In this document: one piece after another, positions 23,401 to 30,751 of the stretch | Layout: each line of letters starts with the position of its first letter | How positions within the stretch are numbered: position 1 is the first letter of the stretch | Origin: Polyangia bacterium | GTDB lineage: Bacteria; Myxococcota_A; Polyangia; Nannocystales; Nannocystaceae | NCBI GenBank assembly: GCA_030430565.1 | Contig: JAUIKS010000008.1 | Location: forward strand, 111,225 to 175,224 | Reading direction: 5' to 3' | Length of the DNA: 64,000 bases | Notes under the pieces: generated by a model | What the model was told of the DNA's origin: nothing | Database searches by the model: none | What the model saw: only the letters and a program-made list of their open reading frames with translations | Translations under genes and position numbers: made by a program

Positions 23401-26400
23401 ACCTGTGGGAGGCGCTCGAGCGCGGCCTGATCCAGGCGCTCGGCGACTCCTACAAGTACGTCGGCGCGTCCTCCGAGGGCTCCTCGACCACGCTCAGCCT
23501 GCCCCACGACATCGAGTACCGCTTCGTCCACGACAAGGTGCAGCACGCCGCCTACTCGCGCCTCGACCCCCGGCGCCGCCAGGAGATCCACCTCCGCGTG
23601 GGCCGCCTGCTGCTCGCGCGCGCCGAGGCGGACGGCGAGGAGCTCGGCGACAAGCTCTTCACCGTCACCGCGCACCTCGCCGCCGCCGCGCCCTTGATCA
23701 ACGCGCCCGACGAGCGCCTCAACCTCGCGCGCCTCAACCTCGCCGCCGGGCGCCGCGCCAAGCTCGCGATCGCGTACCGCTCCGCGGTCAACCACCTGCG
23801 CAGCGGCGTCGACCTGCTGCCCGACGACGCGTGGCGCTCGCAGTACGAGCTGACCTTCGCGCTGCACCGCGAGCTGATGGAGTCGGAGTACCTCGGCGGC
23901 AACGTCGAGGCCGCGCTCGTGCTGTTTCAGCCGCTGGTCGACCGCGCGCGCACGGACCTCGAGCGCGCCGAGGTCTACGAGCTCAAGGTCTCGCTCGAGA
24001 CCTACCGCAAGCAGAACGCGCTCGCGCTCGCGACCGCCTTCGAGGGGCTCGCGCAGCTCGGCGTCCACCTCCCGCAGAGCGCGACCGTGCCGATCGTGCT
24101 GCTCGAGTTCCTGCGCGTGCAGCTCGCCCGCCGCTGGCGCGGCGCCGAGGAGCTGACGGGCTTGCCCGACCTCGACGAGCCGCGCAAGCGGCTGCTGCAG
24201 CGCCTGCTGACGACCGCCGCCCCGGCCGCGTACTTCGTCGACACCAAGCTCGCCGCGCTGATCCTGCTCAAGAGCGCCCGGATCTCGCTGCGAGATGGCT
24301 ATACGGACATGTCCGCCTTCGGCATCGCCGGCTACGGCTTCGTGCTCTCGGGCGTGTTCGGCCGGCACAAAGAGGCCTACGAGTTCGGCAAGCTCGCGCT
24401 GCGGCTCAACGAGCGCTTCAAGAACTCGTGGCTCGACGTGAAGCTGGACTTCCTCGTCGGCCTGTTCATCGCCAACTGGGTCGAGCCGTTCGCGGCCGCG
24501 CGCCGTCGCCTGCACCGCAGCTACCAGCAGGGCATCGGCCAGGGCGACCTCGCCTTCGCGCTCTACAGCGGCGTCATGTACACCAACGTCGCGCTCGTGC
24601 AGGGGCAGACGGTCGACCGGATCTACGGGCTCGCCGAGAGCATGGAGCCCACGGCCCAGCGCGCCGGCGAGATCGACGGCATCGCCATGCTCACGTCGAT
24701 CAAGCGCATGTGCATGGCGCTGCGCGGCCAGACGCTGCAGCCCACGCGCTTCGACACCGTCGACTGGAGCGAGCAGGACTTCGAGCGCGGCCTCGACGAC
24801 AAGACGACGCCGCAGGCGATGTTTTATTACAACCTGCACAAGCTGATCGCGCTGTACCTGTTCGGCGAGTACGAGGCCGCCCGCGCCGTCAGCACCCGCC
24901 TCGAGCAGCGCCTCGAGACCGTGCTCGCGCAGCCGGCGAGCGCGGACTTCGTGTTCTACGACGCGCTCACGGCCGCCGCGCGCTACGGCGCCGCGACGCG
25001 CCGGGATCGCGGCCGGATCCGCGGGGCGCTCGCGCGCGCGACCAAGAAGCTGCAGCGCTGGAGCGGCTTCTGCCCCAACAACTTCGCCGCGCGCCTGCTG
25101 ATCGTCCGCGCGGAGCAGGCCCGCGTGCTCGGCCGCCGCGACACCTTTATCCTCTACAACCAGGCGATCCAGACCGCGCGCACCCACGAGTCGATCATCT
25201 GCGAGGCGCTCGCGCTCGAGCTCACGGCGCGCTACGCCCTGGGCGCGGGCTACGACGTCGCGGTCGAGTCCTACGCGACCGCGGCCTGCGACGCCTACCG
25301 GCGCTGGGGCGCGCGCGCCAAGGTCGAGCAGCTCAGCCACGAATTCGGCGACCACTTCCCGATGTACGCGCTCCCGCCCGCGCTCGAGGAGCCCGAGCCG
25401 GCCGCCTCCGCCTCCGCGACCATGACGAGCACGGCGCAGGACCTCGACCGCGTCAGCCGCACCTTCCAGTCGATCGTCCACGACCTCAACCTCGACGGCC
25501 TGCTGACCAACATGACGCAGACGCTCACGGAGTTCACCGGGGCGCGCCACTGCGTGGTCCTGCTCGAGCGTGACGGCGCGCTCACGGTCGAGGCCGAGGG
25601 CGGGCTGCCGCCGATGTCGGTGCAGCTCGGGCGCGGGCGCGCGCCGGTCGAGTCCGGGATGCTGTGCGAGACGATCGTCAACTACGTCGCCCGGACCCAC
25701 CAGCCGGTGCTGCTCACGAACGCGGCGGAGCTCGGCGACTTCACCGACGACCCCTACATCAAGCGCGGCTCGGTGCGCTCGGTCCTGTGCGCGCCGATGA
25801 TGCTGCGACGCGATGATCTCGTGGGCGTCGTCTACCTCGAGAACGGCCTCACCCCCGACGTGTTCCGGCACGAGCACGTCGCCTCGCTCGCCCAGCTGCT
25901 GCCGCCCGTCGCCGTCGCGATCAGGACCGCGATGCGCGCCAACTCGTATCGACGCTTCGTGCCCCACGCCGCGCTCGAGCGGCTCGCCACGCGGATGCGC
26001 CGCGAGCTGCGACCCGGCGACCACATCAACCTCGAGGGCACCGTGCAGGCGCTCGCGCTGCGGGGCACCGCCGCGCTGGTCGGCGACGGTCGGGGCATGC
26101 GCAGCGCGCTCACGGTCCTCAACCGCTTCTTCGACGCCGCCGCGTCGATCGCCGAGCGCAACGGCGGCTTCATCGGGGAGCGCGCGAGCGACTCGATGAT
26201 CATCTGCTACCCCGGCGGCTCGGGCCCCGCGCTGACGGCCGCGACCGAGCTGCTCGAGGTCGGCCACGAGCTGTTTATCCGCAGCGAGCACGCCAGCAAC
26301 TACGCCGGCGTCGACGTCGGCGTCGCGCTGCACGCCGGCTCCGTGACGATCGGCGCGGTCGGCAGCGACCACGAGCTCTCGCTCGTCACGCTCTCGCGCA

Positions 26401-26708
26401 CGGTCACGATCGCGAAGACGCTCGCGCGCCGCTGCGACAGCTACGGCGCGCCGCTGCTCATCAGCGAGACCGTCCGGGCCCAGCTCCCCGAGACCGGGAA
26501 CCTCGAGATCCGCGCGCTCAACCGCCTCGACCCCGAGGACGGCATGGGCTCCCTCGGGATCTTCGAGGTCTTCTCGGAGCTTCCGAGCGACGCGCGAGGC
26601 GCGTCGGCGGACGACCAGGCGGGGGAGCGCTACGCGGAGCGGCTCGCGGGCGAGCTGCGCGAGACGCTCACGGACTCGCGCGCAGACCTACCCGTCGAGC
26701 GCTCGTGA
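20409..26708 (+). CDS. Giant multidomain signalling protein: Ser/Thr kinase - atypical second kinase-like domain - AAA/STAND P-loop NTPase - long helical (TPR-like) region - GAF - degenerate class III cyclase-homology domain
   Basis: Kinase 1: LGEGGMGVVYAARD, VAIKVV, HCDFKPHNVLV, DFGLAR, GTPAYMSPEQ. Kinase 2: no Gly loop (FRDGQATVVYAG), VHKDISPEHILF, DFDVASEI, GTLAYMAPEQTGRM. P-loop IAGPSGIGKSAV. GAF: GARHCVVLLERDGALTVEAEGG...VLCAPMMLRRDDLVGVVYLENG. CHD-like: ..FIGERASDSMIICYPGG..DVGVALHAGSVTIGAVGS..LSRTVTIAKTLAR..LLISETV. Alternative starts 20457, 20481. Confidence 0.85.
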   Translation: MTPVVARDSRRFRGDAMGDRLSAGMSPPPPAAGSAPPDRPEHPQHIGHFSVLYTLGEGGMGVVYAARDNKLGRKVAIKVVHKAPGDESRGRARMLREAQAMARLSHPNVVQVYEVGEHDGQVYVAMEFVKGRTLRDWQNESTRSWKEILERYLEAGRGLAAAHKKGLVHCDFKPHNVLVDDEEGRVRVLDFGLARTYHQQSVNVKARKAAALGAQRAGLETLETSMTVSDTVTGTPAYMSPEQYQGRRATAYSDQFSFCVAIYEGLYGARPFSGQNPAALAFQVSAGEIEDPPRDAKVPSWLRRVIVRGLSPDPEERWPSMEALMSALQRDAGAARRFRVRIEGINIERFKLLSSAGYEQLKPFRDGQATVVYAGLRAEDHKPVLVKLLRNEAPTPSELARMRRERSLLERFDDPGVVRALRLEHHGRGLALALENFGGTSLRQRIVETGGLTVDEFLRFSTKLVDALAVVHAEGLVHKDISPEHILFHRASGRVALMDFDVASEISEEAPSVVDPDQLEGTLAYMAPEQTGRMNRKVDYRSDYYALGVTFYEALTGQLPFETSHPMELVHAHIALAPTPPSEVSANVPEALSRIVLRLMSKTAEDRYQSADGLRLDLERCAREWDRHGWIEDFEPGEHDTTDTFQIPQKLYGREHSVNLLMAAFERAASGSTEVMLIAGPSGIGKSAVIREVHKPIVARRGYFISGKSDPLSRDVPYTAIIQAFQDLFKQLLRESDESLQRWRDRLLKALSGQGQVLVDVVPELELIIGAQAPVPGLPPTESANRFRSLFSKLVQVFAREEHPLVLFLDDLQWSDLAALKLIEQLAIDNELANLLILGAYRDHEVPPDHLLNQIVRAIEEAGREIARHTLQPLDLEHTAALVRDTLTPTKRDAGELVRVIQTKTEGNPFFVRVLLSSLYEQGALRFDRSQGGWLWDDAELASVRLSDDIVALMSSRIGELSRPARDAIEHAACLGNRFTLELLSIITEQQPRIVVRDLWEALERGLIQALGDSYKYVGASSEGSSTTLSLPHDIEYRFVHDKVQHAAYSRLDPRRRQEIHLRVGRLLLARAEADGEELGDKLFTVTAHLAAAAPLINAPDERLNLARLNLAAGRRAKLAIAYRSAVNHLRSGVDLLPDDAWRSQYELTFALHRELMESEYLGGNVEAALVLFQPLVDRARTDLERAEVYELKVSLETYRKQNALALATAFEGLAQLGVHLPQSATVPIVLLEFLRVQLARRWRGAEELTGLPDLDEPRKRLLQRLLTTAAPAAYFVDTKLAALILLKSARISLRDGYTDMSAFGIAGYGFVLSGVFGRHKEAYEFGKLALRLNERFKNSWLDVKLDFLVGLFIANWVEPFAAARRRLHRSYQQGIGQGDLAFALYSGVMYTNVALVQGQTVDRIYGLAESMEPTAQRAGEIDGIAMLTSIKRMCMALRGQTLQPTRFDTVDWSEQDFERGLDDKTTPQAMFYYNLHKLIALYLFGEYEAARAVSTRLEQRLETVLAQPASADFVFYDALTAAARYGAATRRDRGRIRGALARATKKLQRWSGFCPNNFAARLLIVRAEQARVLGRRDTFILYNQAIQTARTHESIICEALALELTARYALGAGYDVAVESYATAACDAYRRWGARAKVEQLSHEFGDHFPMYALPPALEEPEPAASASATMTSTAQDLDRVSRTFQSIVHDLNLDGLLTNMTQTLTEFTGARHCVVLLERDGALTVEAEGGLPPMSVQLGRGRAPVESGMLCETIVNYVARTHQPVLLTNAAELGDFTDDPYIKRGSVRSVLCAPMMLRRDDLVGVVYLENGLTPDVFRHEHVASLAQLLPPVAVAIRTAMRANSYRRFVPHAALERLATRMRRELRPGDHINLEGTVQALALRGTAALVGDGRGMRSALTVLNRFFDAAASIAERNGGFIGERASDSMIICYPGGSGPALTAATELLEVGHELFIRSEHASNYAGVDVGVALHAGSVTIGAVGSDHELSLVTLSRTVTIAKTLARRCDSYGAPLLISETVRAQLPETGNLEIRALNRLDPEDGMGSLGIFEVFSELPSDARGASADDQAGERYAERLAGELRETLTDSRADLPVERS

Positions 26709-26897
26709 GCGCCGACGCCACCCGCACCGCGGCTCGTCGCCCCCGAATGAGGACGCCGCCCCCCGGCGCGAGGCGCCCGCGCGGCGCGGAGATACGACAT
26801 GCCTTTAAAGACACATATTTGAAACACGCGGACGACGCGATCCGCTGTCCGCCCGCCGATAAAGCCGCTATCCTCGGGCCCTGAGTTGGAGGGTCGA

Positions 26898-29297
26898 ATG
26901 ACGCGTACTACCAGAGGGCGACTCCTTGGAAGCACCTCGCTCGCGCTCGGGCTCGTGGCCGCGCTGGCCGCGAGCGGCTGCAGCGGCGACGACGGCGCGG
27001 AGACCACCGCCGGGAGCGACTCGAGCCCCCAGGGCGAGACGACCGAGGGCCCCGATCCGAGCACCGGCACGAGCAGCGGCGGAACGACCGAGGACGAACC
27101 CGAGGAGACCACCGGCGAACCCGTCGAGTGCACGCCCACCCGCGAGTTCTTCGTCGAGGAGGTCTGGCCGCTGATGGGTCAGGTCTGCATCCAGTGCCAC
27201 GACCCGACGGGCGTCGCGGCCGAGCAGTTCGCCGACTTCCTGCTGCTGCCGCCGATCTACCCCGGCTTCATCGACGCCAACCTCGAGAACATCCGCGCGA
27301 TCCAGGGCTACCAGTACGACGGCGTGCCGCTGCTGCTCGCCAAGCCCGCCGGGCTCACCGACCACGGCGGCGGCGACATCCTCCCCGAGGAGAGCGAGGA
27401 GTACGCGGCCATCGTCGAGCTGCTCGCGCAGCTCGACGATCCGCTGCAGTGCCCGCCCCCGGAGTCCGACGCGAGCTTCGCCGACGTCGACATGCTCGAC
27501 GCCTACGAGACCCTGCGCAAGGCGGCGCTGCACCTCAACGGCCGCCTGCCGACCGAGGAGCAGCTCGGCCTCCTCGAGTTCGGCGGGGGCACCGACGAGG
27601 CGCTCGAGCTCGCGCTCGACTCGCTGCTCGCCGACCCGGCCTTCGAGACGCGGCTCGTCGAGCTGTTCAACGACGTGTTCCTGACGGACCAGTACATCGC
27701 CAACAACTCGGCGAGCCGCGCGGCCCAGAACCTCAACAACACGCAGTGGCCCAACCGCACGCCGTTCGTGCAGAACCAGCTGATGCTGCCGACCGATGAG
27801 CGGCGCCGGATCAACAAGGCGATCGCCCGCGAGCCGCTCGACCTGATCCGCTACATCGTCCGCTACGACCGGCCGTTCACCGAGATCCTGACCGCGACGT
27901 ACATGGTCTTCACGCCCGACACGGCGTGGTTCTACGACGTCGACATCGCCTTCGATAACCCCGACGATCCCGACGAGCTGCAGCCGGGCCTGCTGACCAC
28001 CGCGAACCTGCCCGACGTGCCCTGGCCGCACTCCGGCATCCTCAGCTCGCCGATGTGGCTCAACCGCTTCCCGACGTCGAGCACCAACCGCAACCGCCAC
28101 CGCTCGCGGATGATCTACCAGCACTTCCTGGCGACCAACGTGCTCGAGCTCGCCAGCCAGGCGATCGACCCCGAGGCGGGCTCCTCGATCTTCAACCCGA
28201 CGCGCAACAACCCGGTCTGCGCCAAGTGCCACCGGAGCATGGACCCGATCGCGGGCGCGTTCCAGATGTTCTCAGAGACAGACAACGAGCGCCTGCTCGC
28301 TGAGCCCGCCTGGCACGGGGAGATGTTCAGCCCCGGCTTCGGGACCGAGGAGATGCCGCCGACGGAATTCGCCAACGGTATCCAGTGGCTCGCGCAGCGC
28401 GTCGTCGAGGACCCGCGCTTCTCGCTCTCGATGGTCTTCCACGCCTACAAGGGCCTCACCGGCGCCGACGCGATCAAGTACCCCACCGACCCGGGCCAGC
28501 CGGGCTACGAGGGCCTGCAGATCGCGTGGGAGAACCAAGACGCGTTCTTCCGCAGCGTCGCCTCGGACTTCGAGCTCAGCAACTACAACATCAAGACGAT
28601 CTTCAAGGCGATCGTCATGAGCCCGTACTACCGCGCGCGCGACATGGCGAGCGCGCCCAACGAGGCGCGCGCCTACGAGCTGACGGACGTCGGCACCGCG
28701 CGCCTCTCCACGCCGGAGCTGCTCGCGCGCAAGATCGAGGCGACGGTCGGCGTCACCTGGGATGTCCTCCTGACGGACTACGTGATCCTCTACGGCGGCA
28801 TGGACTCGGACGAGATCACCAACCGCCTCCCCGACGTGAATCACATCATGACGCAGGTCGCGATGCGCATGGCCAACGAGGTCGCGTGCAAGGCGACGGC
28901 CTTCGACTTCACGAAGCCGCAGCCCGAGCGCCTGCTGTTCCCCCACGTCGAGCTCTCGGACACCCCGCTCGTCTCCGAGGACGCGATCAAGCAGAACATC
29001 CAGCACCTCTACGCGCGCCTGCTCGGCGAAGAGCTCGAGCTTGACGACCCCGACATCGAGCGCGCGTTCACGCTGTTCGCGGACACCCAGTTCGAGGGCG
29101 CCCTCAGCGTCGCCAGCGACGAGCCCGAGAGCGAGACCCTCGCGATCATCTCGACCTGCCGCGCGACGAAGGACCCCAACACGGGCGTGGACCTGCCCGA
29201 GGAGCAGCAGATCATCAACGACGGCACCTACACCGTCCGCGCCTGGATGGCCGTGCTCACCTACATGCTGATGGACTACCGGTTCCTGTACGAGTGA
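26898..29297 (+). CDS. Lipoprotein with N-terminal CxxCH (heme-c-type) motif; DUF1592/DUF1549-DUF1553-like family
   Basis: GGAGGG then ATG 26898. Signal LALGLVAALAASGCSGDD. CIQCHDP motif ~30 aa after an acidic Thr/Glu/Gly linker. Large C-terminal helical domain. Paired with a Tat-secreted partner gene 30 nt downstream. Family assignment is inference. Confidence 0.75.
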   Translation: MTRTTRGRLLGSTSLALGLVAALAASGCSGDDGAETTAGSDSSPQGETTEGPDPSTGTSSGGTTEDEPEETTGEPVECTPTREFFVEEVWPLMGQVCIQCHDPTGVAAEQFADFLLLPPIYPGFIDANLENIRAIQGYQYDGVPLLLAKPAGLTDHGGGDILPEESEEYAAIVELLAQLDDPLQCPPPESDASFADVDMLDAYETLRKAALHLNGRLPTEEQLGLLEFGGGTDEALELALDSLLADPAFETRLVELFNDVFLTDQYIANNSASRAAQNLNNTQWPNRTPFVQNQLMLPTDERRRINKAIAREPLDLIRYIVRYDRPFTEILTATYMVFTPDTAWFYDVDIAFDNPDDPDELQPGLLTTANLPDVPWPHSGILSSPMWLNRFPTSSTNRNRHRSRMIYQHFLATNVLELASQAIDPEAGSSIFNPTRNNPVCAKCHRSMDPIAGAFQMFSETDNERLLAEPAWHGEMFSPGFGTEEMPPTEFANGIQWLAQRVVEDPRFSLSMVFHAYKGLTGADAIKYPTDPGQPGYEGLQIAWENQDAFFRSVASDFELSNYNIKTIFKAIVMSPYYRARDMASAPNEARAYELTDVGTARLSTPELLARKIEATVGVTWDVLLTDYVILYGGMDSDEITNRLPDVNHIMTQVAMRMANEVACKATAFDFTKPQPERLLFPHVELSDTPLVSEDAIKQNIQHLYARLLGEELELDDPDIERAFTLFADTQFEGALSVASDEPESETLAIISTCRATKDPNTGVDLPEEQQIINDGTYTVRAWMAVLTYMLMDYRFLYE

Positions 29298-29327
29298 GCC
29301 GCCGGGACGAAGCGAAGGAGTAACAAG

Positions 29328-30665
29328 ATGGACCGCCGCAAATTTCTCAAGCTCGCCGCGATGACCGGGCTCTCGGTCGTCTCCCCGGTGTTCTCCCGTC
29401 CGGCCCGCGCCGCCGAGACCTACCCCGGCCCGTTCTACGTGCTGATCAGCGCGCGCGGGGCCTGGGACCCGACCTACTACTGTGACCCGAAGACGCCGGG
29501 CGCCTACAACAACGGCATCTACGCGAACCCGGCCACGGCCGGCAACATCGCGTACGCGCCGATCGGGATCACGCAGGCCGGCATCGGGCTCAACGACCCG
29601 ATGTCGATGGGCTTCGTGATGTCGAACCAGGCGTTCTTCAACGCGCACAGCGACAAGCTGCTCGTCGTCAACGGCATCAACATGGAGACGAACAATCATC
29701 TCCGTGGCGTGACGACGATCTGGAGCGGGCGCGGCTCGGAGGGCTACCCCTCGCTGGGCGCGCTGCTCGCCGCCGCCAAGGGTCCCGCGCTGCCGCTCGC
29801 CTTCATCAGCAGCGGGGGCTACGACGCGACCGAGAAGCTCGTGCCCGTCACGCGCCTCAGCAGCGTCACGCCCTTCCGCAAGATCGCGCAGCCGAACCGG
29901 ATCGTCCCGACCGACCCGGAGAACCTCGCGCAGTACCACATGTCCTCGACCTTCGACCGCATCCGCGCCGCGCAGGGCGAGCGCCTGCAGGCCCAGGTCG
30001 ACGACTTCAACCTCCCCGCGCTCCGGCAGTCCGGCAGCGCGCTGTACATGGCCCGCCAGGGCGACGACACGCTCGCCAGCGTGCCGCTGCCCGACACGCT
30101 GATCACGATGCCCACGGAGATGCGCGACCTCCAGCGCATGTGCCAGCAGATCCAGTTCGCGCTCGCGGCCTTCGAGGCCGGCCTCGCCGTCGCCGTCAAC
30201 GTCGAGCTGAGCGGCTTCGACACCCACGGCAACCACGACCGCGACCAGGTGCGCCAGCTCGCCAAGCTGAACTTCGGCATCGACTTCCTCATCGCCGAGG
30301 CCCAGGCCAAGGGCCTCGACGGCGACCTGATCACGATGGTCGGCTCGGACTTCGGGCGCGGCAAGGGCTACAACGGCCCCAACGCGGCCGACGGCAAGGA
30401 TCACTGGCCGGTCGGCAGCGCGATGTTCTTCGGCGCGGGCGTCACCGGCGACCGCGTCGTCGGCGGGACCGACGAGCTCGACCAGCTGCCCCGGCTCATC
30501 GACCCCGCGACCCTCGAGATCACGGACGACGAAGAGGCCGGCGTCGAGCTGAAGTGCGCCGACCTGCACGTCGCGCTGCGCGACTTCACCGGCGTCTCCG
30601 GCAGCGACGAGGCCGGCCGGTACCCGCTGCTCGGCGCCGAGCTCGGGAACCTCTTCACCGGCTGA
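29328..30665 (+). CDS. Tat-secreted DUF1501/DUF1552-like (sulfatase/phosphatase-fold-like) protein
   Basis: MDRRKFLKLAAMTGLSVVSPVFSRPARAAE twin-arginine signal. ...FYVLISARGAWDPTYYCDPK... Gene order directly after the CxxCH lipoprotein, as in known pairs. Confidence 0.75.
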   Translation: MDRRKFLKLAAMTGLSVVSPVFSRPARAAETYPGPFYVLISARGAWDPTYYCDPKTPGAYNNGIYANPATAGNIAYAPIGITQAGIGLNDPMSMGFVMSNQAFFNAHSDKLLVVNGINMETNNHLRGVTTIWSGRGSEGYPSLGALLAAAKGPALPLAFISSGGYDATEKLVPVTRLSSVTPFRKIAQPNRIVPTDPENLAQYHMSSTFDRIRAAQGERLQAQVDDFNLPALRQSGSALYMARQGDDTLASVPLPDTLITMPTEMRDLQRMCQQIQFALAAFEAGLAVAVNVELSGFDTHGNHDRDQVRQLAKLNFGIDFLIAEAQAKGLDGDLITMVGSDFGRGKGYNGPNAADGKDHWPVGSAMFFGAGVTGDRVVGGTDELDQLPRLIDPATLEITDDEEAGVELKCADLHVALRDFTGVSGSDEAGRYPLLGAELGNLFTG

Positions 30666-30671
30666 GCGCGG

Positions 30672-30696
30672 CTCGACTCGACTCGACTCGACTCGA
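30672..30696. repeat. (CTCGA)5 pentanucleotide tandem repeat
   Basis: ctcgactcgactcgactcgactcga, intergenic between the convergent genes ending at 30665 (+) and 30752 (-). Confidence 0.8.
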
Positions 30697-30704
30697 GAAA
30701 CAAA

Positions 30705-30735
30705 GACCCGCCGGGCGCGCCCGGCGGGTCTTTTG
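30705..30735. terminator. Bidirectional intrinsic terminator (11-bp GC stem, 4-nt loop; TTTTG on the plus side, TTTGTTT on the minus side)
   Basis: gacccgccggg cgcg cccggcgggtc ttttg; on the reverse strand it reads aaagacccgccgggcgcgcccggcgggtctttgttt. Serves both convergent genes. Confidence 0.65.
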
Positions 30736-30751
30736 TACATGGCCCTACGGC

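Noticed and set aside
20469-26372. 950-aa and 1007-aa minus-strand ORFs (20469-23321, 23349-26372)
   Set aside because: Antisense to the well-supported 2099-aa kinase gene. Composition junk.
30672-30696. Pentamer repeat as a possible CRISPR or other array
   Set aside because: Five contiguous 5-nt units without spacers. This is a microsatellite, not CRISPR. No CRISPR-like repeat-spacer structure exists anywhere in the window.
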